From Conidiobolus incongruus B7586 (lineage: Eukaryota): DNA of 64,000 nucleotides. The translations under genes and the position numbers were made by a program. This document shows positions 27,439 through 40,016 of the stretch, piece by piece; the stretch's first letter is position 1, and each line of letters starts with the position of its first letter. Below the pieces are notes generated by a model that did no database searches, was not told the origin of the DNA, and saw only the letters and a program-made list of their open reading frames with translations. The DNA lies in NCBI GenBank assembly GCA_000697335.1, contig JNEM01013874.1, positions 1 to 64,000 on the forward strand. Reading direction: 5' to 3'.

Positions 27439-28385
27439 AGAGATTGGCAATTATAAATTCAATTCAATATCAATATCAATCCTGGTTTTAAACCTTTAAT
27501 TAAAATTGATTCCTCATAATTTTTTATTTTATCAGCATATATATGGACAATATTTTATTATCATATATGTACAATCATATTGATTTTTGATTCGTATTCA
27601 AAAAAAACTAAATTTACATCACCAATTATCACATTTAATGATTTCTTCCTAATTATGTCGTTATTGCTTATATCAAATATTTACCTTACCATTTTCACTT
27701 TGATATAACTAAAATTTAATTAATTTGAGGAAATCAATGGCAGAATTTTAATGATTAAGGTTATTCTTATATAATAAATCTCCTTCTTTATCAAAAAGTT
27801 CCACATTCTATATATACTTTTAATCAAATATCAAATTCGGATCAAAATGTAAATTAACTGCTTAACTTCAAAATAATAACATAAAAATAATTTCTTAACA
27901 GTTTTCATTTATTGTGTCTGATATAAACGATATTGTATTATAGTATTATTTAAAAATGATTTAATTACCACTTATTCAATTTTTTTAATTTTTAATTATA
28001 TTCTAACTTATTATTTTATAATAATTGCCAATTCTATCTTTGGCTACTCAAAGTGATCAATATAATATTTAAATATTTATATATAAATATCAATTATATC
28101 AGCTCTCATATTATAATTGGATTTAATTAAAATATTGTTTGTTATGATGTACATAAATAATATGTTATGAAATTTTATTTTTTGTATTATTTGAGGAAAT
28201 AAATATCAATTATTGATTTCCTATCAATTAATTTTAGTCAAATTTCATAAAATAAATATAAAAAAAGAAAATACGTTTAAATACATTTAACCCATAATTT
28301 TAATTTTCTTTTAGTTATAATATAAATTTTATTTCCCCATTTAGATGATTTTTATCGTACAAATATATAACAACAAAGAATAAAA

Positions 28386-28904
28386 ATGTTTCAATACGGT
28401 CAAAAATTAATTATGCCCAAATGCGCTGGGTTAGTTGCTAAGCGTCAACTTCCTTGTATCCATGATCTTTGCGCTCGAGTTCAAAATGGTTATATTGCTA
28501 GATTGAAAAATATTTCTATTCCAGAAACAAAGATGAATTTGAGTGTTGCCCAGATCCTTTATCAACAAGGTTTTATTTCTTCTGTAGCTCGTGGTAATCA
28601 TATTGGTATTGATTATAGTATGACAACTCCCGAAAATATCGCCACTCGCCGTTACTGGCTCTCCCTCAAATACAGAAATAATGCTCCTGTATTAAGTAAA
28701 ATGACCGCCATTTCCAAACCCTCCCGTAAAATTTTTGCCACAGCTGACGAATTAAAAACTATTGTTGGTGGTGGAAGAGTTGGTATGTTGGGACCTCTTC
28801 AACCTGGTGAAATTATTATTGTAAATACACCCCTTGGTGTTTATGAAATCCACGAAGCTATCTCACTTAATCAAGGTGGTTATGTCCTTTGCCGAGCTCA
28901 TTAA
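28386..28904 (+). CDS. MRPS8: Mitochondrial ribosomal protein uS8m
   Basis: HDLCARVQNG, LYQQGFISSVARG, LSLKYRNNAPVLSKMTAISKPSRKI and GGYVLCRA. Confidence 0.92.
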   Translation: MFQYGQKLIMPKCAGLVAKRQLPCIHDLCARVQNGYIARLKNISIPETKMNLSVAQILYQQGFISSVARGNHIGIDYSMTTPENIATRRYWLSLKYRNNAPVLSKMTAISKPSRKIFATADELKTIVGGGRVGMLGPLQPGEIIIVNTPLGVYEIHEAISLNQGGYVLCRAH

Positions 28905-29234
28905 ATTATCGGCTATATTTATTGTCAACAACAAATTATAGATATAATCTCTTGATTCGATTAATTTAATCCCTATAAAAATTTTTTAACATAAAGTTGA
29001 TTTTTAGTATATTAGTCAATACCTATTGTTTAAAATTTGATAATTAAATTTCGCTTATTTAAATTATATTAATTTTTGTAAACTTAAAAATTAACAGGAT
29101 TTCACTCAAGTTTGAAAATGATGTCAATCCTATTTATATATCATCTATCAATATAATTTTTTATACATTTATTAAATGCAATTAAATATATTTAAAGATT
29201 ATAAAGTTTGATCATTTTCTCAATTGATTGATAG

Positions 29235-30341
29235 ATAAAAATGCTACATCACTATACTTCGCATTTATATTTCTTAATACCAAACAACCTGTTAAATAAT
29301 TTAAGCATTCAAATGAAATACAAATATACTATAGAGTGTTTAACAGACGCTATACCTCCCAAATTTCAAGAATTATCATCAAGTTTAACTGGTTATCAAA
29401 ATAATATTGAATTGAATTTTATTTGTTTTCTTGATGGCCATCCACTTCAATTTTCATCATTCAATCACTCAGATCATTATATAACTCAGTTGAAAAATAT
29501 TTTATCTCATTCAACACAAATTGAGAAAATAGAAATTATCAAAGATGGAAATTTTAAAGGTAAAGCTATTGAAGTGCTAATATAATAATTAACCAATATA
29601 GTTAGATTATTTCCTCGCAATTTATCAACTAAATTAAGCTATAGCTACAAACTGGTATCAATAGATATATATCTCGAAATAAAACATGACAGTAAATTTA
29701 CATTTAACTAATCAACAACTTTAACCTGGAGCATAATAGGTGAAAATATCAAAAGTGATTCAGATTTTCAACGATTATTATCAACCCAATATTCAACCCT
29801 TTTGAACATCTTTAAACAAATTAGTTTAAAATCCTTGTCTAATTGGAAGATATTATTTCCAATTATTTTTGATAAAGCTAAATATCATGTAATAATATCC
29901 TAATTTTTTAAACTTATAATATTTATAAAATAATAGAAATTAATTGGATTGCAAAATAATTTCGATACAATTTGTAAAACAATCGAAAGATTTTCAAATC
30001 TATCAGATCATATTAAATTTCAATTGGAATCAATAGAAAATAATGAGGTAACTTGAAGATAATAATTTATAAACAATATTATTGATGAAATTAGCTATTG
30101 ATTAACAAGCTGAATAAAATATATCTTGAGCCTTTAATTTCTGACCGAGCGTTGGTAACTATTGAATTATATTTTGAGTATGAGAGAGTTTAATTGAAAT
30201 TAGGAATATGATATAATCCATCTATCGGCTGAAAATTTTACTCAACCTCAAGAAAATCACATTCATAGCATACAATCACACAATGAAGAAGAATTTTTAT
30301 CCAGCTCAAGTTCTAACTCAAGTTTATTCTGGGATGAATAA
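29235..30341 (+). CDS. Multi-exon hypothetical protein, candidate TOPOVIBL/Rec102-like. 5' end probably further upstream
   Basis: In-frame GT-AG splicing through introns 29560-29601, 29692-29739, 29889-29936, 30048-30094 and one more near 30155-30203 yields an open frame ending ...SSLFWDE* at 30341. Confidence 0.7.
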
Positions 30342-30866
30342 AATCTGATTCAAATTTTGTTTTCGAAAACAAATATATCCTTAGCTTTATCTGATATTAT
30401 TATATTATTATATTATTATATTATTATAATATTATAATATAATGAGTTCATTTGTGGCGCATATATAAATATATCAGATGATATTATTATTTTCATACAT
30501 AGGCATTGGAAATAGAGTTGATTGAAAATTTGATTATAAATTTTTGAATATTGTTCCAGTATAATGCTGTCATAGTATAATATTTTTGGATCACTATTCA
30601 AATAACGTAAAAATAGTAGTAGACTCTAACATCTAATAAAGTAATAATTATATAATCATAATAATATGAAATATTTGGAATAAGAGAATTGTTAACTCTC
30701 ATTGTCTCGAATAAATTGAATATTTTTTTGAAAATCCCATAAAATTATACTAGTATAATTAAACATTAAATTATACTGAATAATTAGAAAAATGAACTTA
30801 TGAGTTTGAATTATCTATTAAAATTGGCTATATTAAATTTTTAAATAGAATAAGGGAAAACCAATT

Positions 30867-31937
30867 ATGTCAAATTCGGAAAATCCAAATCAACCACCTC
30901 AAAGATTGCTGTCTACCAGATCTAAAGCTAAATTGACACCAGGCACCAAACCCAAATTTGCTATCAATAAGAATGTCGTTCGTAAAAAGCAAGAGCCTGA
31001 AGCTTCCTCTCTTTTAGATACTATAACACCCAAGGCAAAAGATGGCCAAGTGAATAAGAAACCAGAAAAGGCTCCTAGAAAGAAGACAGAAATCGTGTAT
31101 ACGACCTCAGGTCTTTTTAGTCAAGGCCCAGCTTCTGTCTCCTCAGTTGGAGCCTCTTCTAGGCACTATGTCAGTGGTTCTCATAGTTCTAAACGTGACC
31201 CTCATTCTGGTCTTAGATCTACACCTGGCTCTCGTAAAAGTGTTACCAGAGAGGATGCAGACTACGAAACTTACGGCAAACATCAATTTTTATTTGACGC
31301 TAAGCCTAACGAAAAAACTGTTTCGGTACAGCAATTAGATACTGATACTATCATAAATACAGCCAAGGATGAAGTCAAGGCTAAATTAGAGGAACCTATA
31401 GATACTTCAACTGCTGAGCCAATGTATAGTATCAATGCCGATGGCGAAAATTCTGAAGAGATTCAGCACGTTCCAACTGATACTAATCCATGGCCTAAAC
31501 CTGACCAATTTATTTTCTTGCATTTACCACCTCAACTTCCCAAGCCATTGTATGATGCTAAACCTGAGTCAGACGAGCCGGTTGAAATCGATTCCAAGTC
31601 TGATGAAGAACACCAAGATAAATCCAAGCATCCTGATGTAGTTGTTGGCAAATTGAGAAGATATAAGTCAGGAAAGGTTCAATTGCTTTATGGTAACCTT
31701 ATTATGGATGTAATTCAATCATTCTATTTTTCACAGCTTTGCTAATATAATCATTATTAGGTTACTAAATCTCAGCCAATTGATTTCTTGCAAAAAGTCA
31801 TGGCTGTGGATGCCAATCCCAAGAATGGTTTCTTAGCCCATTTGGGCAATGTTAGCAACCGTCTTGTAGGAACTCCAGATATTGAGCATATGTTAAATCA
31901 ACTAACTTTGGAATCTGATCAAATACAAACTGAATGA
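30867..31937 (+). CDS. RPC53: RNA polymerase III subunit RPC4/C53. Exons 30867-31709, 31761-31937
   Basis: N-terminal KPKF motif, GLFSQGP, and C-terminal FLHLPPQLP...VGKLRRYKSGKVQLLYGNLIMDV...LGNVSNRLVGTPD. Confidence 0.88.
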
Positions 31938-32613
31938 TTTAATTTGATATCGCTTTGTTCAAACATTGTGGCCCGTATTATATATTAAACAAAGGAAATA
32001 GATTATTTAGTACATAATGGTTAATTAAAAAATCATTGTAATAGTAATCAAATTCCAACTAATTAAATTGATCTAATTTAAACTAGAATTCATTAAATAA
32101 ACATTGAAACAAAATCAATGATTTAACGAAATGAAAAAGTATTGTTATATATGCAATTAGATTACAAAAAGTGTTTATAATTGATTTTAAATGTGAATAA
32201 TTCAATCAAATAAAAATATGTGTAAAAAATAAAACCAAGTAATAGAACAACTCAATAAGAAAAATTAAAAGAATATATTTAGTTACTTAATATAATTTGT
32301 GACAGATCTAACTTCATTTCTCCTAAGTCTCATAACATTTTACAAATAAAATCATATCACATTCATATAATACTATGTCAATACCAGTATTATTGTATAA
32401 ATACAATCTTTGGTACAATAACTAAGTTTTGGCATATTGTGTGCAATATCTACAATAAATCTTATACTAATTTTTAACATATTTCTGTTTATTGGTAGTC
32501 TACCTGCCAATTTAAAGTACAGTTCTAGTTGTGCAGGTTATGAATTGGTGATAGCTCTTAGTAAATCATGATTTTAGTGGTAATACGACTGAGAAATGTG
32601 ACTCAATTTATAG

Positions 32614-32687
32614 GATCTCGTGGTGTAGTTGGTTATCACGTCTGTCTAACACACAGACGGTCCTCAGTTCGAATCTGAGCGAGATCA
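32614..32687 (+). tRNA. tRNA-Val (AAC)
   Basis: Cloverleaf with acceptor GATCTCG/CGAGATC, D-arm, anticodon stem TCTGT/ACAGA with loop CTAACAC, and T-loop GTTCGAATC, followed by a T-run Pol III terminator. Confidence 0.97.
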
Positions 32688-32999
32688 TCTTTTTTGTTAT
32701 TTTTTCAAAAATATAACATACAATATCGAATATTTCATTGATTATTTATTCACTGTATCATTATAATGATATATCAAATGATACTATTTAAATTTGAATT
32801 TTCAACTAGGTATCAAAATCGAATTTAACATCCGTAATAATTAACAATAATTTTTAATGATTCAAATATTAAATTATCTTTGAAATAAATTGGAATTTTT
32901 GAGTTGCTAAGTTTAAAAAGATGTAAATTAAGGTTCATTTAAATAAAAGTATAGTGAGTGATTTGTTCTATTTTGCTGATTCAATCCATGTACAAAGAT

Positions 33000-34139
33000 T
33001 TAAGAATCAATACCATAGTAACGATATTGAACATCGACCAATTTTTTGCCTCTTGATTTGGCAATATCCTGAGGAGTTTTTTGCTTTTGAATGGCTTCAA
33101 AGAAGGCTTTGGCAACATTCATGGGATTGGCGGATCCGTAAACTTTTCCAGACAAGTCGCGGAAGCCTAAGCATTCACAAATTTCGTGGAGGTACATGTT
33201 GATTCTGAGACCGAAGCCTATTCAAAATATTAATAATGTATCAGTAAGAAAGTAGGCAGATATTACCTGGAGGACGGGCGAAGAGCTTCAAATTGGTAGC
33301 CTTGAATTTGTGTTCAATGTCATGGTAAATGGTACGGTTGTCATATCTTTCAAAGGCAATCATATTCTTAATGGCTCTTTGAGTAGCCTTTTGGACGGCA
33401 ACACCAACATCATCGGCCTTAGCTTCACCATAACCGCCGACACCGTTTCCATTACCAACAACGACTAAGGCCCACATGGAGCGAATTTTACCTTTAGCGG
33501 TCATGTTGACAGTGCTTCTGACATAGAGAACCTTCTTTTTCAAGGAGCGGAAGACACGGTGATTGATGCCCATGGAGTGAGAGAACTCAACCTCTTCCTT
33601 CTCTTCAATGACAGTATCAGCTGGAGGAGGCTGAGAGGGATACCTATTTTCCAAAGGGAATTTTTGAGGATGTGTATGTTTAGCAAAGTAGGGATCGTCG
33701 GGAAAATCTAAAATAGGATCGAATTGAGTCAAATCATCGGGGTTCAGTTCTTCCCAGGGGTATTCTTCAACGACTTCATATTCCTCATCGATGGTTTCCA
33801 ATCTATCCATTAACATTTGATGTCTTAATTTGGCATCTTCAGCCAATTCCTTGGCAGCTTCTTCAGTGACTTTGACTGTTGACTCGTCTTTTTTGGAAGA
33901 TTCAGATGATTTAACTTCTTGCTTAGGTTCAACAGGTTTAGAATCTTTCACAATTTCGGGTTTGGAAGGAGTTTCATCCTTTAATAAAAATGGATTGGTT
34001 GAAAATGGTTTGGAAATCAAAACAGATCTGGAGCTCACTAAAATTAAACATGATTAATGACTATGTTATAAAGGATATTTATTATCTGCGATGAACCTTG
34101 TCTTAAAGTGAATCGACTCAACTTTAATAAGTTAGACAT
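33000..34139 (-). CDS. MRPS5: Mitochondrial ribosomal protein uS5m. Exons 34139-34097, 34037-33267, 33217-33000
   Basis: [34 protein letters not shown] and spliced RPPGFGLRIN...[24 protein letters not shown]. Confidence 0.93.
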
Positions 34140-35313
34140 TATTTATAAATTAATTTTGAATTATTATGATATATTAGCTCATTTATTATTACCCTAAATA
34201 CCAAAAAGAATAAATTATAATATTTTATTTCACCAAATTATGGGATTCTCATTTCAATCAATTAAACTCTCTTATTCTCTTCAAATATCAACTGTTTTCA
34301 ACCTTTTATATTATTGTACATTAAATTAATGCTATTTATACTATGTATTTTATGTTTTTTTGTTAAATTAAATATTTTTCAAAATGGTCATTTATAAATA
34401 AAATAAATATATAGCACTATTTTTTTTAATTTTCACTATTAATAATATGTTCAACCAATATGAATAGCAATTTTATTGCAAAGTTGTAATAGTATGTATA
34501 TAATTTTAAATTTTTACCTCAAATATATTTATTAGAGGAATTTTTGTCATATATATTGTTGACAAATAATATCGTTTGTAAATCGACTTAGTTTTATACA
34601 ATTTATATCTTAACATCTTTAGTACAAAATTCATTTTATTAGTAGTTAATTTGTACAGTTTTCATTCTTCCGAAATCCAAGTTCTGATAGTTAATTTGAA
34701 TGAATCTCCATGGTGAACTTAAAAAATATATTTTTATGTTTTAATTAAGATTAATTTTAATTATTAGCTGATTTGACAATATATTTCATTATGAAGTTGC
34801 TTAATCCAAATAATTATAAAATATCTGTTTTATAACAACTTTTTAGTATGATAATTTCAATATATATATCCACCCTGAAACTTTAATTTAGAAATGTGTA
34901 ATATTGAATTATTAATTGTTTGGACAATCATTTAATGTATATATTGGTCTTAGAATATATTCATAGTCGGTATATTTAAGAATTTTGAAAATTTTATTTT
35001 AATGTATGATTTTATTATCTTAATGTATTTAACTAAATTTGACTTAGAAAAATAAATCATTCAAAATAAATTATTTGTAATCAAATCTATACCATAATGT
35101 AATATAGATAATTATTATTTTAGGCAAAAACCATATAATGGCTAAATGATATTTAAATCTCTCATATTCTAAAAATTTCAAAATTCTGATAAATTTTAAA
35201 TGTTAATTTGAAGATTATTTTTAGACCCATAATAATTGAATTTTCAATTAGGATAAATTGACTGCTAATACATCAAGGTCAAGTTAATAAATTCAAATAG
35301 TTTTTCGAATAAA

Positions 35314-36539
35314 ATGACAGGTGCTATTAACAACTGCTTAAGATTAGTTAAACAAAGACTTGCCAATTGGATGGGTGAAGTCCGCCTTATCCCTGTTATA
35401 GGGAACGAAGCAGCTGGTAATTCAATTCTCATTGATATTGCTAAATAATTAATGAATTGTCTTTAGATCTTGATTCCGTCCTAAGCAGTATTGGTTACAG
35501 TGTATTAAGAAATCAATATGACTTACAAAAGTCGCACATTACATTACCAGTTATCAATATTGAGCGTCAAGATCTTAAACTCCGTCCCGAGGTTGAATAT
35601 GTACTCAATCAATGTCATGTGGACTTTGATAATTTATTTTTCATAGACGATCCTATCATTAAGAAGATTTTAGGAGCCTCTGATCCTCAACTTGAAGGTG
35701 TTGTATTAGTTGATCACAATAAAATTCATCGCAATTTCCACCATTGGGCAAATAAAGTTGAAGCCATTTTTGATCACCATTATGACGACCGCTGTCATCT
35801 CGATGCAAAGATCAGAAATATTGAACCTTGTGGATCGGCAACCAGCTTGGTCGTGATTTGGTGGCAATCCTTGTGCACTAAAGACCCCAGCCTTAATGAA
35901 TGGTTCAAGGATCAAAGCGATTTAGCCACTTTATTCCTGTCACCTATCATTATTGATACTGTTTTAATGAACCCAGAGTTCAAACGAGTCACTCAAACAG
36001 ATATCCAAGCCTACGAATTCTTGAAATCTACCTTCTCAAGCCAAATTCATTCCGAATATTCACAACAGCTATTTGATCAAATTCAACAAGCTAAAAGTAA
36101 TATTGGACACTTGAAAAATGACCAACTCTTCAGAAAAGATTACAAGTGTTGGGAAGTCAAAGGAATGCAAGTTGGTATTGCTGCTATTACTCAGTGGGAT
36201 ATTGATGAATGGATCAAGAGAGACACAATTGACCAAATTGCTAAGGATATAGATGAATTCATTACAAAACACCAGCTCAACATCTTCTGCGTTTTACTCA
36301 CCTACGGAGATAAGTTTAAGAACACTTTTGAACGCAAGTATATTTATGTGAGTACCGATGACAAATCTCAAGGTATTTTACAAAGTTTACTAAGTGAAAA
36401 TCCTTTCAAATTAAAGGAATTTCAAACTCTCAATACCCCCAAACGATTCAAAGTGACCATATTTAATCAGGAAGAAGTTACCTGGTCCAGAAAATTAATT
36501 TTTCCAGCTATGAAGAAAGTTATTGAAAATTTCAATTAA
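35314..36539 (+). CDS. PPX1: DHH-family exopolyphosphatase (Ppx1/Prune). Exons 35314-35416, 35467-36539
   Basis: Spliced GNEAADLDS, LVDHN, IFDHH, CGSATSLV, IIIDT, RKDYK and SRK motifs. Confidence 0.93.
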
Positions 36540-37829
36540 ATTATAATAAAATCCTTAATCATGTATTGTTCATGCTTTTCATCATTTGAATATTAAATTC
36601 AAATGATTTTAATTAAGCAAAAGTATAAAGTACTTTTATAAATATTGATTGTAATTCATCAAATGGCTGTAACTAATACTATATATAAATTACACTTGTT
36701 ATGAATCAATCGACATTAGAAAATAATACTATATTTATATAATAAATTATAATGATTAAAATATAAGAAAATAATTATAATTAATTAAATTGTATATAAT
36801 CGATTTGTATATTAAAATAAAATTATAATAACAGTAATATTAAATCAACAAATCATGAATATAACTCATGTTATAAATACTTAATCTTCAATATTTAATA
36901 TATGATAAATATATAAATATTATTAATACTCTGAAAATTATAATTTTTATTATGCGTTATATTATCAGTTATATTGAGTAAACTGTCTTATTTTCTATTT
37001 GATATTATTCAATGACTGATTCACTTTCATAGGAAAAGTAAAATAGGGGTATGAATGTGTATTTATTGCTTTTTATGATACTGTAGAGTACTATTTAACT
37101 TTATTGAATAAAATAATAAACTACAAGTCATCATTCAATATTCATTAGTAAAGAACAAGTACCTCTGAACATATAGGAATAAATATTACACAAAATAAAA
37201 CTACCAAAAAAACATATCGAACAAATACCTATAGCATGGTACATACAATTATACAAATAATTACACTCGGTGTTAAACTAGTATACTTAAAATATGCATA
37301 ATAGAATATGGATATATACAGTTAGACAGTGTTTTTAAATCATCAGTTTAATTATGAAAATTACCATAAAATTAATATTACGCCAAAGTGGTGTTTTGTA
37401 AAATTAAGTGACTTGAGAATTTCAAAAAATAACTGGAGAAATTTTGAATATCCCAAATTTCTCCATAAAAAGATCTTCAAGTAAAGTTCGAATGTTAGAA
37501 TAAGGTCAATTTAGAATAAATTAATATATCGAAATAAAGTTTTAGATAAAGGATCAGTATGAAAACAACCCATTACCCACGATGATTAACAAATCACTTT
37601 TAACAATCCTCGGATCAAATAAGATCTATGCATTGCATTTTATTATTGTTACATTTATTTTTTTAATTACCCAAATTCACTATAAAACCTCCATTCTGCA
37701 TTCATCATTCTTACCTTTTATTTAACTCATTCATTAAACTTATCAATAGATATTGAATATCTTATATTATACCTTCGAAATCAATTACACATTTTATATT
37801 ATTTAAATCAATACAATATTTAAAATAAA

Positions 37830-39499
37830 ATGAAAACAATTATTGCGATTGAAAGAGTATTATGTTTAATATTAAATTATACTCGTAAAAATTAACCAAT
37901 TTTATAGGAACCTCCATTCCAATGTCTTATACAAACTAAAGATTCAAAAACTCCTATATCTTTAACAGAAGCTGTTAAGGATTTACCTGGGTTATTGGAA
38001 AACTTTTATTCTATTCAAGTAGATCCTTTTCTATCAGATAATGAAGCAAAAACTATCATGATAGGGACTTCAAATATTAATAGAATTCAAAATTTAATTG
38101 AAGATAACAATTGTAAGTTACTATTATACCCTTAATATGTTATTCTAAATTTTATAACAAATTAAATAATTTAGATTTGGAAGCTATTGATACTCTACTT
38201 TATTACTGTTCTGTAGGTCAATTTCCTTCTCCTCCTCAAGTATTCAGTATTGTAGAATATTTTATGCGAATCATTCAGTCAAAAGTACCTACAAAAAGTA
38301 TGAGCCAATCTCTAACAGCCGATTGTATTCATAAATTCTGCGATCTCTTAAAATGCTTAGAAGCTTATCACTCATTAAAATTCTTTATTAAAGTTTACGA
38401 ACCACTTATCCCCAATAGCACTAACAATGAAAATAATACATCCAATGTTGAGCATGATGTTTGGAAATGGATTGAAAGTTTAGTCACTCCCAAAAATCAT
38501 GAATTATTGGGTAATTTATCCATTATTCTATTGAATCACTTTGGTAGAATTTTTTCTGAAGATATCTCCTTGAACAAATTTAAACTCTCTCAGTGTTTTC
38601 TATTATCTCTTATTCCCGAAACTGATGCTGGTCAACCAAAAACACAGATAAAAAAGGTAGTTCAAAGCTTGCTCTCGGTGATGATTGGTGAGTATTCGAT
38701 ACCGTATATGAATTCTCAGCATATATTCAGTGAATATAATAGCGATACAGAAAGTTCAAAAAACTCCGTACCTTCACCCAACCACTCGGCTGATACCAGC
38801 GAGGATGAGATGGATGTGGATCAGCTGGATTATTCTAGAAAAGTATTCTATGATGAATTTTGGATTGCTATGGAAGGTGCTCTTTTTATATTCCAGCAGC
38901 TAATCCATTTATCTAACAGTGAGCTCGTCTGCGCTGATACTCTGTTAAGAGAAACATATGAAATTTTTCAGCAGATTCCTCTTCAACCAACCAAGAACTG
39001 GTTCTTACAAGCGATCCCATCCCCAGTATTTAAAGTTCGGTTCATTGACTTGATTCTTAGTGACCAATATCTAGCAGCAGTTCAAGCAAAACAACTTTTA
39101 ATAATTGATCACGAGAGAATCCTAAACGATTACCTTGCTCCCGATCTCTCAAAAATGCTTACAATGTCCTCAGGCAATGACGATGACATGGATGATACTG
39201 AAACACAACAAAGTGGACTTAATATAAGTCAATTAGAACAATATCCTTGGTTGATCCATCATCTTCTCCTGAACTTCTCACAATACACGATTGATTACAC
39301 GAAATCGCAAGCTTATCCCGAATTCTTTGATATGCTCAATCAAATCGATAGCAAACTAGTCACATTAGAAAATCAGATTAAAATTATTGGAAGACTTAGT
39401 TTGGATTGGCCAAAGAAACGAGTGGCCAATATTGGTAAATTTATCAAGTATACGATGATTGGATTTCCATATCCAGGCAAAAGGAGAAATCAATTTTAA
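37830..39499 (+). CDS. Helical hypothetical protein (about 518 aa), candidate Nse5/SLF1-like. Exons 37830-37856, 37908-38112, 38175-39499
   Basis: 440-aa ORF extended in frame by two GT-AG introns. Family assignment is inferred (see findings). Confidence 0.8.
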
Positions 39500-39737
39500 A
39501 TGTTTTATTCAATTATTTTCAATATATACTAATTAATTTCAATAAAATGTCATTAAAGCACTAAATACTAATTAATTTTTGTTTTATATATGACATATCA
39601 ATTGTGGTCAATTAACAACAAAAACAATCCCATAAATTCAATTTAACAATAAATATAAATATAAATATTAATTGAAAATTACAACATTCAAAACAATCAA
39701 GTATATTGCAAAATTAACAAAAATAAATTAATTCAAA

Positions 39738-40016
39738 ATGAGTCTTTGGGGATCCAGTTCATCATCAAGCGAAGGTGCTAACAAAAAGCAACAAGTCATG
39801 GATCAAGTTCGTGCCGAATTAGCTATGGCCAACGCTCAAGAACTCATCTCCAAATTGGGTGACAAATGTTACGATAAATGTATTCCCAATCCCGGTAAAG
39901 AATTGAGTTCCGCTGACCAAACTTGTCTCTCCAAGTGCATGGATCGTTATATGGAAGCTTGGAATTTGGTTTCTGAAGTTTATTTCCATAGAGTTCAAAA
40001 AGAATCTCAACATTAA
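39738..40016 (+). CDS. TIM13: Mitochondrial small Tim chaperone Tim13
   Basis: VRAELAMANAQELI, twin CX3C (CYDKC/CLSKC) and MDRYMEAWNLVS. Confidence 0.95.
   Translation: MSLWGSSSSSSEGANKKQQVMDQVRAELAMANAQELISKLGDKCYDKCIPNPGKELSSADQTCLSKCMDRYMEAWNLVSEVYFHRVQKESQH

Noticed and set aside
30867..32687. Pol III subunit gene next to a tRNA gene
   Set aside because: tRNA genes are dispersed and common; no evidence of a functional link.
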